Shown piece by piece: positions 24,910 through 36,572 of a stretch of 64,000 nucleotides of DNA. The stretch's first letter is position 1. Every line of letters starts with the position of its first letter. The DNA comes from Kudoa neothunni. Its lineage: Eukaryota; Animalia; Cnidaria. The DNA is taken from assembly GCA_964304625.1 (NCBI GenBank), contig OZ199839.1, positions 2,358,093 to 2,422,092 of the forward strand, read 5' to 3'. The position numbers and the translations under genes were made by a program. The notes below the pieces were generated by a model. It was not told the origin of the DNA and made no database searches. It saw only the letters and a list, made by a program, of their open reading frames with translations.

Positions 24910-26193
24910 TTCAATCAAATTTTCTACTGCTACTGTAGAGTCACAACTCTACAGTATTTATAGTTAGTTATCTCAATTTTATACTTGATAATAATTTTGT
25001 ATCGATACTTTAATCGAAATAATAGAGGGAATTAATTTAGAGGTCATTGGAATACCTTAAATCGCGATTTCTATGTCAAACTATGTTATACATGCGATCC
25101 GAATGATTATGATAAATTTAAAAATAAGAACTAATAAATATATGGCCTACCATATATGAAATATTATTTTTTTGATTACATATATATCTACCAGTTGAAA
25201 ATATGAATATCACATTTACAATAAAGTGATTAAGTCAACTCATATTAATATTTATTAGCCTTAATTAAGGAAGGGATTCCATTGGTTATATTTAATAGTA
25301 GATATATTAAAATTATTGAATATTATTTCCTGTCAGTAATAAATAAATAAAATTTTAAAACAACAGTAAAAAATATCTTTATAAGTTTATATATTTTAAA
25401 ATGATATATTTTAATTAGAAACTGTGTTTATTTTAGAAAAGAGAATTAGTAATTAATGAGCTACTGCGAAGCAACTATTTATATAAAGTGAATATATATA
25501 TAATATTGTATCTTAAATTATTATTATTATAATAATTTACACTCCCGATATTTTTATTGCATAAGAATATTATTCATTATATTCCCAAGTATTAACTATA
25601 AAATTTTTAAAATATTAAATACTAAGAGAACAGTTCGTAAAAATTATCATATTAATTTTAAGAGTCGTCATATTTTTATTCCGTTTTTATACAAAAATTA
25701 TGGTTGATTATATGTATAATAAAGTTATCAAAAAGGTTTTAAATAGAATGAACTACGTGACTAATTTCATCTTTATAGTATTTATTATGCAATATAATTA
25801 TTTTTTAAAATTAAATTACATAAAAACTCTTGTTATTCAAATTAATTAAATTTTAATAATTAAATATTGTTAATTAAAATAAATTGTTTTTCATAATATA
25901 TTATATGTGCAAAATTCGTTTAAACAATATAAATGTTAATAAACCTTAATTTGAATTTATATATAATTTAGTTGTGACTCTGCTCGTTTTTTTGTACCAT
26001 TAAGTATATTGGGAATAAAAAAAAAATTCAATCTTAATTTCGTATTGGATGACGTGATGATTGATTTCATGGAGCAGATATGATTTAAACTGTTAATGAT
26101 TTGAATACCATTTAATTTTAAAGATTATTCATATATCAATACGATTCTATTTACTGGTTTTATTGTTTTATACGTCAATAATGAATGAATGAA

Positions 26194-26226
<33 letters not shown>

Positions 26227-27265
26227 CTTTGGTTTCAATAATTCAACACTAAATTAGATGATAGTAAACGAGTTACTATTGGCTATGGACAACATTATTC
26301 TATTTATTCAATGTTAGTTATTGCTCGAGTATTAACACTTTATAAATATAAACTCTTTTTATATTTTAATGAGTATAAACTATTTTTATTTGAATTTTAT
26401 ATTTTATAGTAATGAGCACAGTTTCTTTACTTAGACCATCTAAAACCTTACAAAATTATCCTAGAACAATTAAATTATTTAAGTCGATTACTTATTTTAT
26501 GAGGAATAATTTGATCACACATTTACCACATAATATACTAGTAGGGGATCTGTTATCGGGTGGTTACACATATTAGGCACGTGTGGTTGTTAGTATACTA
26601 ATCCTCGAATATCTCAGAAGAAAAAACATTCCGCGGATACCTGAAGATGGCCTCTATCTATGTCTACACATATTTTTTTAAATTGTAAAAATCATTAAAA
26701 TTAAGTCTAATAATTTCTTCATTCAGGTTCTATTTTACATTTTAATGTATAATATGTTTTATAACAATAAATGAATGAAACTTTTTAAGATGTTTGTATA
26801 CACAAGTGAGACGAGAAAGGATAATTATTCTGGTATATACCTTGAATAGTATGAAAAAGTAAAGAAAAGAATTTTTATTATTTTCTCATATTTCGCATTT
26901 CGTGCTCGTTATCTCGAAAAGGTAATGTTATGTAATATTTTCAAAATCCATAAATATATCAAGTACAGTCGAACTTCGATTATCCAGAAGAAATTGTAAA
27001 TTTTATTTGGATTTTATTTACACTAGATGCCGATAAATGTTTGATTATCGGGAAACCGGAAGAACTATTTAATCAGATTTCCGCATAAAAGTAGCGCCCA
27101 TCACCGTACGACATATACATTGTAGCTTATGAAACAATACAACATTTAAAACAAAAATATTTCTAGGTTATTCATTAATAAATTTTCCTTTTAAAACATT
27201 AGTTAAACATTCAGTTCTTATATAAATTCGTACAATATCTGAACACATGCTTGTATGTATATTAA

Positions 27266-29237
27266 CCCATTCAGGTTCTAATTTTGTATTTTTGTAAGAT
27301 TACAATATTAGGTAAAACTAACAATATTATTATTGATTTTAAAAATACTATTTTAAAATTTCATCTCCTTACAAAGATACGTAGGTTTTTGCAATGTTGC
27401 GAAAACGCAACGAAAAACTTAAGTGGTATATAAATTTGTGTGTCACGTGACAAATGAAATTAACAAAAACATTGAATTTTAAACAATAATTTAGTAATAC
27501 CTATGTGACATATTATCGAAAAATTTATATTTTTTTGTTTTCTATATTTTTTAATGATATGGGTTGTAGTACGTTTGAGTGTCACTCGGTCTTCTTAGCC
27601 CAGATTAGCGATAAAAAATTATTTTTAGTTCATATTTCAACAATATTTCCTTACTAGTAACAAAACCTCTAACTAATCCCTTATTTTGCCATGTGAGATT
27701 AAATTTTACACCTTTAACCCATTTAACTTACAATTTTGTAGTTTTTACATATCTGGTATTAGACTTAATAACGATTATAATAATCATCTAAAAAAATAAT
27801 CGAAAAAAATTAAATTATAAAAGAGTATATTCGAGAAGTATTTAGATTCCAAAAATGCAATGAAAAACTTTCCTTGTATGGGAATAAGATTACAACGCAC
27901 ATAAATAATATTTGTCAAATACATGAGAAAAAAAAGTTATCTACAAACAAAATTATAATTTTAATCATTAACTTGTGGAACAGCCCCGAGCACTTTATAT
28001 GAATATGATTTCCACAACTTTTACAAATATGGACAGTAATGTTTTTACATACCACACACCTACGTCTTATTTTGTGAGGATGAGACACCAATGTTGGTTT
28101 ATTACATAGATTTGCGTTCTGCAATTTACCCAACAGAGACTTTCGGCCAATGCTGGTTTTTGTGGATGTTACCAAGTCAGTCACTATATTCCTGACATGT
28201 TTCAACAAGTCAATTTGTGTGTTATTTACAATATTATAAATCCTCCATGAATTTACTACTGCCATTGATATCATATTCGTAAAAATGGGCCAATACCATT
28301 TTTTTCCTTTTATGTTAATTCTATAACAAGAAATTAAATTATCGGCAATATCTACTCCACCCATAAACTTATTATATGCACATATCATAAATGGCTGACA
28401 AATAGTAATTTCTTTTTTCTTCGACCTACAGTATCTTTTGATGCTTTGGAGAGGGTGAGCGGTGTAGCAATTACTCAATGCGATAACAGGTTTTGTATCA
28501 TTCCATTGAATGCAATGAATACCTTGTTGATCATCAGAAAACATCTCAAATTCTCCCCTTGGTTTTTTTGTCATTACTTGTTGGGGAGTAACAGGGCAAT
28601 TTGATATTCTGTTTGATCTTAACGTTCCAGTAGTCTTGATATTTCTTCTTTTGAGCTCTTGTAATAATTTATGAGAAGTAAAAAAATTATCGAAGAACAT
28701 ATTGAGACCTTTTTCATTTTTTGCTTCATCCGCAAAAGAGATTACGGAACTACCACCCAAACCATATTTTTTATCATAATTTGCTGACTTTCCACTATAC
28801 ACATCCAAACTATACATGTAACCGAAGGATGATGACATAACCCACTGCTTGAAGCTGAATCTAATTGGTTTATTTTTCATAAACATTTTAGCGGAATGCC
28901 TACCAGTATAAGGTACCATCTGTTCATTCACAGATGTATATTTTTCAAATATTCCAAATTTTTTGAAATTTTTGTTAAATTCTTAAATTAAAGGGCGTAC
29001 CTTGAAAAATCTACCGGTAATGTCAATATTTGAATTACTAAAATGAATGAATTTTTTTAGATTTGAAGCGTTTGTACGCCACCGAACTTTTAACAAGTTC
29101 AACACTAATGTCTGGAGAAGGTTCCCAACACATAGACTGGCGTGCTAATCTATGACAACCAGACAAAATCAAAATTCCAATAAAAGATTTCATTTAAATA
29201 ATCGTAACATGAGAGTTATGGTTGTTATTCTGGCTCG

Positions 29238-29274
<37 letters not shown>

Positions 29275-30117
29275 TTGTTTCACGATGCGTGTAAATAAAT
29301 TTTCATTAAATAACTCCAAAAAAGTTCCATAAGAATTTAAGTTCCTTTCAAGTATTGATGAAAAATTATCCATGTTCCGATTGATCAATATAGTCTCATT
29401 CTGACATAAAAATTTTGACTTTTCTTGAGTAGAATCGACATTAGTTTAATCAGTCCATATCAAGGTATTATCGTTTACGAAGGATTCAAGAGCCTCAGAA
29501 AATACTTCAATTTCTCCACACGTCTCAGGAATTAAATTGATGTCATATATGCCATTAAAATTGGATTCAAAATTATCCTCGGTATCTGTAAGAGCGTCGA
29601 CTTTTTCAGGAGGTAATAACACAAAATCAATCGACTCTAGATTTTCGTTATCTTCATACTCTTTGATTGCATCAAAAAGATTCATGTACGATTTGGCTCT
29701 ATTATACAGTGATATTTAAAACAGTGAGCACAATTACCCCGTTCGGGGTTTTCATTGCGTTTTCGCAACACGTGTTTTTTACAAATAAATATTTCTTCAT
29801 TACTCCTTTGATGCATTCATTATCATATATAGGTATTGAATGAAAAATGGCAGTTGATATGTTTTTTACTAAGATTTTCATGACCTGTGTTAGGCGAAAC
29901 TCTAGTTGGTGTTCGTCTAGTTGGAATTTCAAAAATAGCACATAAAATCATATTTTTTCAACCTTAAAATATGAATTAACTCCAATAGTATTTGTTTCCA
30001 TAAATTATTATGTTTGGGTATTTAAAATAACAGAATACATTTAAAATAATAATTTTATATGTTGTTATATAATCAGATACATTTTGTTGCGAAAATGCAA
30101 CGAAAACCCTGAATGGG
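27266..30117 (-). mobile_element. Near full-length piggyBac element (PGBD2/3-like)
   Basis: TTAA|CCCATTCAGG...CCTGAATGGG|TTAA with subterminal TTGCGAAAA(C/T)GCAACGAAAA repeats and an internal transposase. Confidence 0.9.
27915..29685 (-). pseudogene. piggyBac transposase pseudogene
   Basis: N-terminus IDFVLLPPEKVDALTDTED. The 338-aa C-terminal ORF has FDNFF, YNKFMGGVD and a Cys-rich tail. The first catalytic Asp is Asn (SVNEQM). The 5' half has stops, frameshifts and a (TA)n tract. Confidence 0.9.
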
Positions 30118-31302
30118 TTAAGTAAAAATTAATTACTAAGTATTTAAAAAAATATGTTACTCTTCTGTAGACGTGTAAAAACTGCCATAATTACGTACTG
30201 TTTTTCCTTTAAATCTTTTTATTCTTAGTTAGTAGGTATGTCAACATTTTTAATTTAAGTAAGAGAAATTAAAATATTTTATTTAATATATTTTAAAAAT
30301 TTGTTATTAATCGTATAGAGAATCCTTTAAGTAGATATTTTTAAAAAACGCACGTGCAAAAGACATTGTTTATGTTTGATTAACCGGAACCTAGCTATTC
30401 GGAAAGAAAGTCGAGGTTTGACTGTATATCTCTTCCATTGTGGACTGGAATATATTAAATATACAAATTCATTCTTTATTCGTTTAAATTGGAGATATTT
30501 AAATCCTTATTTATGATAAAATGGTCTTAATTAAATTTTATAATTTTTACAAATTTCGAATAAATATAAATTTTAATATAATTATGGTTAATAGGCATAA
30601 TATAAAAACACAGTCAGGCATCCTTATTGCGCAGATGGATATAGAGCACTTTTTTTAAAATATCATTATTTCCTATTTTTTTAATATCAATTTTCATATT
30701 TTATGGGTTAACCTATTGATATTATGCGATTTGAAATTTTAATCGAGACAAAGTTTATGTTATAACACGAACATGGATATAACACACCTAATTTCTATAT
30801 CACGCAAAAATCCGCTCCCTAGATTACAATATTTCATGGATATAATATACATTTTCAATATTTGCATTTTGCTTTATGTGCTTTATTTTACGTAATTTAT
30901 CTTGTGTATTGAAAATTATCGTGAGTCATCTCAATAGCGGACAGATAATGTTGCAATGATAGTGATTGAGTTTATCATTTCAAAAATTCAGTGCCAACTA
31001 AACAATGAATCACTGTAAAAACTAAAACTATGGCTCAGCAAGAATGATAAGATTGGGGAATTTATACCTACTTCGATGGATTTTATTCGCTAGAAATCAA
31101 AAATTTACGTAGAGTTTAAATGAAATTCTAGAGATCTCCTGCTTGGATTCGATTTAATTATATAATGAAACAATATTGATTCATTTAAAATTAGTGACAA
31201 TAGTCGAAATATCCGATTCTCAAATTAAGCATATATAAAATCTGAGAAGGTGCCATTGAGGATGATTCTTTTGCAATTAAATATGAATGTATTTTTTAGG
31301 AT

Positions 31303-31752
31303 TTTTTTTGTTTACCTTGTAAAACCCCTGGCGCAATTTATTAGGTTGTGGACTTCTGGCTGGTCTTACCTCTTCCATTGACGCTTTAGGCACCGCAGGA
31401 CGTAACATGAAACCCCACCCCTTATCTTTATGCGGTAGAGAGGGACTTTAACCCACTAAACGTCCTCGTCTCAGAGCGACCACAACCCCAAACCCAATCC
31501 CTTTAAGGACGTTGTCTCTGTGAGGGGTGCAAATTACATGCCTTTCGATGGGTTCCTGAGATTCAAACTCCTATTCACGCAAATTTGGCTGCTAATGCAT
31601 TCCACTCCACAGCGAGCGTACACATTAACCACAGCTCCCAAATATGGGATAGAGACCCACCGACACGGAAGCAGTAATCTGACCAACGGCGGATTCGAAT
31701 CCATTACCTCATGGTTCTGAGCCAGAGTGTCACACAGACGTGCAATGTGTCC
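31303..31752 (-). mobile_element. tRNA-derived SINE
   Basis: GC-richer island. The minus-strand head is tRNA-like, with stem-loop TGG-CTCAGAA-CCA and B-box GGATTCGAATCC, followed by a ~350-bp body and an A-rich tail. Confidence 0.6.
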
Positions 31753-32355
31753 TCAGCTATCAATAACTTGATCGTCAAATTCACTTCCAAATGAGGTATA
31801 TTCGTCACAGGCACGTGGCGCCAGGGTGAGCAGTTCCTACCCCGCGAGTACAAGACAACAAAAAATTTTTTTATAAAAATAGTTTTTATTTAATTTAATA
31901 TTGTTATATTAATTATTATTATTATTATTGTTATTATTTTGCATAAAATAATAAAAAGTATGATAATTTTTTGAAAGAATAAACAAAAACTAGCGCTGCC
32001 ACTAGGCCACCCTATTTATTCTACAGGCGCATCCAACAAATAAACTAATACATGACGTGAGCAGCGGTTTTATGGGCCAACAATACCTTGAACTCTTGAA
32101 AAATAGATCAAACATCTTAACTGAGAGTTGTGATGATGATGAAAACGATTTAATTGACGACAATAATTAGAAAACGCGTTTAAAATTATAATATTTGTTT
32201 TTTTAATGATATGATTGTATTTTCCTTTTGACCTTGGGGGTTTTCACCGAATCTTTGGATTTTTAAGAGTTCAACCTTGGGTTATTTCCGAGGTTGAACT
32301 CATTGGACGCCCTTTTTCTAAACGTCATGTCCGTTTGCGCCCTTTTAATTTTTAA

Positions 32356-32604
32356 CCCTTAACGGCTAACCACTGGATTCGCGCGTCCACCTCCCTATTA
32401 TTTTGTTGTAAAACCTGTTATAATTTGTGTAATTTCGCCAAACCATTATCTTATTTTATTATGTCGGTCAGTAGATAATGCTTTTTTAAAAATTTAGATG
32501 AAATTCTGACGAATATACACAAAATATAACATGCATAATAACAAAATTTATAAACAAAATAATATAAAGATGGGCGCATGGAACTGAAGGTTATCCTTTA
32601 AGGG
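32356..32604. mobile_element. piggyBac MITE (~250 bp)
   Basis: TTAA|CCCTTAACGGCTAACC ... GGTTATCCTTTAAGGG|TTAA (14/16 TIR match). Confidence 0.8.
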
Positions 32605-32763
32605 TTAATCAAAGTAACCCCTGCTTAAAAGTTGTTTATCGATTTAATTTTTTAGAATCTAATTCATTTAATTATTTTTCGTACCTAAGAGCGATGCGAT
32701 GGACAAAAAATAGTTAAAATATGGCAATAGCTATTCTCATGGATCCATTTAATTCCTTCTTGG

Positions 32764-34378
32764 GACTGGTTATTCTCATGGAAACGAATAACTTCTCCGT
32801 TATAGAAGATATTCCAAACCAAACTTCATATTTGAACTGAGCTATTTTTAATCCAATTTATTATGTAAAAATTATTTGAAATTTAATGAATAAAAATTCA
32901 ACACTTTGTCTACCCTATTTACACTGTTCACCAGTAGTACGCTCACTTTTTTGAGTCTAATATTATTAACATAAACATTATAATTGAAATGATATGTAAA
33001 CATTTCTAATGGTGGTTTGAAACCCATATTTTAGTTTATTACGTCTAAACTCACGCAGTTTAACTTAGAATAAGTCATCTGCAACCATTTACGAAACATG
33101 TACTTTTCCATCTGAATATTTTTTAATATAAATTTAATAAAATTGCCGTTAATTAATGGATATTAATTGGATTCAAAGTATTTTATGTCTATGTAAACCA
33201 CTTTTCTTATGTGTCTATATGATTGCTCAATAATTTCAGAGAATTTTCGTTGTTTTTTTCTTACAAATGTATTTACTTTAATCAGAAGTATGAGAAAGAT
33301 TTTCATGGCGCCTATTCATGAATACAGAACCCATAAATACAAGAACCTATGAGTTTAAATTTAGGAGTAATCCTATACTTCTTAATTTAAACTCATTTAT
33401 CAATTTTTAACAAGCAGGTTGATTCTGAATTTTCTGCATAAATTCCTCTGGTAATGTCTCAATTGGTGAATTAATTAGATGAAAATTATATAATGGTGAT
33501 TTTTGGGGTACCTTTGCTTTTACTTAAGTAAAGCGAGCCAACGAAGAAATGCAGTAAGTATTATAATAAATAATGTTGGAGTTAAAATAACGGTTTATTT
33601 GTCCTTGAGTATTTTGAATTGTTCTGAAAAATTTAATTTTAAGATCGCAAACATTTGTATTCTGATGCTGAGGAATGTGTAATTGTAATAGTTCAGAAAA
33701 ATCAATTCTCACCCCAATGATAAATTGATCAACGTATCCACTAGCCATGGTTGTTTAGATGTGCGCTCAAAATAATTTCTCAAAAATAACCTCATTCGAA
33801 ATTTTAACAATAAAATAATATACCTTAATAAAAAGTATAGGTTTGAGCAAATCAATTTAATTGCGCTTCGAAGGAAGCAATAATAACACCACTTTTAAGA
33901 CTATATCCATGCAATTGGTATTTTATATCTTACGAAATTTTAAATTTCTCTTCTCCAACTGAATATAATACATAAACACGTTATACAGAGTTCAGTTATT
34001 TCAAAGTTCTTTAAAAACTTAGAAATAGTCTGACGAAATAAAACGGCCCATAATCAAGTAGGATTCACGTGCGTATTCGCACATGGTGAGTGACACAAGA
34101 ATGCACGAACAGAACAGTTTCTACTTATTAGTAAATGTTTTTAATTTTCATTCAAACTAAAATATTTATATTACATAATATTCGGCTCAATTAACGTGAG
34201 TATACTACTAGTGAACAATGTAAATAGGGCAGACAAAGTGTTAAATTTTTATTCTTTAAATCTCAAATAATTTTTACATAATAAATTGGATTAAAAATAG
34301 CTCAATTCAAATATGAAGTTTGATTTGGAATATCTTCTATAACGGAGGAGTTATTTGTTTCCATGAGAATAGCCACTG
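32764..34378. mobile_element. Unclassified DNA transposon with ~180-bp terminal inverted repeats
   Basis: 32764-32946 is a close reverse complement of 34196-34378. The interior has no intact long ORF. Confidence 0.7.
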
Positions 34379-34743
34379 TCTTAAAATATATAGTCAAAAC
34401 TAATATCACCTAGATATTATTTACCGCGCCAATAACTATTTCCATACTATAAACAGTCAAAAATATCCCAAATCATAAATATGGCGGGGAAATTTATGGT
34501 AAATTTATTCTAATTGGTTAAATATACAAGGCTTTAGCTCAAGTCCTTCCATAATGAAGAAATTCGATATTGAATCCCTATAAATAAGAGAAGATCTATT
34601 GTGTACTAAATCATCTATTTTTTTATTAAAATAAATACAAACTATAATAACAAAGTTCTTTACATTCTTATTGAGTTGAGTTGCTAATTTACGAATTTGA
34701 GGTTGGAGAACATTTTTTTGAATATATCACCAAATATTTACAA

Positions 34744-35475
34744 TAATGGACTGGTCGTGCTTAGCACCGCTCTTACCTACACCAGTTATTTTACATATTA
34801 AAAGGTTCGCCCATATTTAATATAATTTAAAAAATTACGTAATTTTAGAATTACGTGCATTAAATAGTTTATAAGCATAGTTACTACGAATAAACGAAAA
34901 ATAAAAAGTCACGTTAGGATCGGTCGAACGTACCTTTTTGCTTTAACCGCGTGATTAAATTCAGCGTTTTCTTTTTTTTCACTGGATTTAAACAATTAAT
35001 AAGCTTCTATAGGTACAAAAATATGGCAGGTAGTTAAAAAGTGAAGGATAAACATAGGCACATGTTGAAAATATTTGGTAATGTGGTTTATAATGGTGTC
35101 CCCCATAATCCATGGTAGTAACAATGATGCAATGATATTCCCTTCCCAACGATTCAGATATTGAAGATGATTTTGTTGATAAAAATTTGAACCTTTCAAA
35201 GGCGGTCTTATCTCATTTAGAAGAGTTTGGCAAGTATTTTAAACATCATGGTTCAAAGACATGAAGCAAATATCTGATCTTATTTCAAAGTTTATTAAAT
35301 TTAAGTAGTATTTTCCAAAATAAAAATAATTGTTTTTCCTGCAATTCTTAAGCTACAGCTAATCTATTATTTAATACGTATGTGCACTTGCGCAATAAAG
35401 TACGTATTATCCGGCCGGGACCGGTAGTACGTGCAATTCCCCATCCCCAAGGGGATTGCATACGACCGATCCATT
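34744..35475. repeat. ~730-bp TIR-bounded dispersed repeat, copy 1
   Basis: Ends AATGGACTGGTCGT / ACGACCGATCCATT. Colinear similarity to 51486-52207. Confidence 0.7.
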
Positions 35476-36572
35476 CCATTACTACATTTGAAAATATTTT
35501 TTTATTCCAAATATCATATCAAAAAGGTTTATAATTTTTTATACATTCCATTGATTAAAAGAGCCTTTCAAAAAAATAATAAAAATCAATTAATTTCAGT
35601 GTTCCAAGTTACAACTTATCTTATCAATATAAAATAATCAGCATAGAAAATAATATAATCCTTATAAGGTATTAATAAGGAAGTGGCTGTTGACACGGAT
35701 CACAAAATCCAAGTAGGTATAGTTTTAACCGTATTTAATTATTTTTGGTACATAAGAACGATGCGATGGACCAAAAATAATTAAATACAGCAGATCTCCA
35801 AAAAATGGACCTTAGAAATTGACCATAAATAAAAGTTACTGGGATTAAAAATAAACAATGCGCATGCGCTGTTGCCATTTTGGATTAAAAACTTCGTTAT
35901 CAAAGCCAGTGCCTTTTAATAGCATATAGGATTAAATATTTGATAAATTATCGCATGAAATTATCTGCGTTTTCATAATTTTATTATTTTGGACGTAATT
36001 GTTGTGCCAGTTGCAGTCACAGGAGAACATTCACAATATTTATAACGACTGGAATCTAAAATGTGTATAAATCAGTTTAACGAAATGTAAATGAAACTTT
36101 CGTTGCGATAAATTCGCGTTAGTGAGGCAATTATTTCTTTACCCTAATTAAATTGAATGATTTAACAGAACTGATTAGTGCGTGACATCCCGATACAATA
36201 ATTTTTTTCTACTGCAATTACTCTAACGTTATTCATTAGAATAATATGTTTTACTACTATTGGCACATTTTAATAAAAATACAGTTTTCTAAGACTATCA
36301 ACGTGACTGGTTTATAGATTGTAACAGTCTATCCAACAAAAATATAATTAATAATAGTTACTTGACGAAGGTCGAAGTTTCTCCCTTAAACCTAGAATAT
36401 GACATTAGAATTTTAGTATTTTTTTAATAATTATAAATAAGTTTGAAATTTGTATATTAAATCAATTTTTGAAATTCTTCTGAATTATCAAAGTATTAAT
36501 TGGGAGGGTATTAACAAATAGATTAAAATTTGGGGCAATCTTATTTAAAACTATCTCTGAAGTTTACACATC

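Larger units (their letters stand above)
26966..30424. mobile_element. pogo/Tigger-like MITE split by a nested piggyBac
   Basis: TA|CAGTCGAACTTCGA...TCGAGGTTTGACTG|TA: TIRs plus TA target duplication. Confidence 0.7.

Noticed and set aside
24955-24963. TATA box (TATAAATA on minus) for S2
   Set aside because: It lies within a putative 36-nt GT-AG intron conserved in both paralogues, and S1 has CATAAATA at that position.
26196-26224. (TA)n tracts here and at ~29242, ~45776, ~47013 and ~54155 as a structured repeat array or CRISPR
   Set aside because: These are simple microsatellites. I saw no repeat-spacer periodicity in the window, and the DNA is eukaryotic.
27915-28931. Active or domesticated PGBD gene
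   Set aside because: The first catalytic Asp is Asn, the upstream half has stops and frameshifts, and TIRs and TSD are still present, so it is a decaying transposon.
31680-31752. Functional tRNA gene
   Set aside because: A B-box and anticodon-like arm are present, but there is no convincing acceptor stem or D-arm, and it continues into a body and A-tail. A SINE head fits better.
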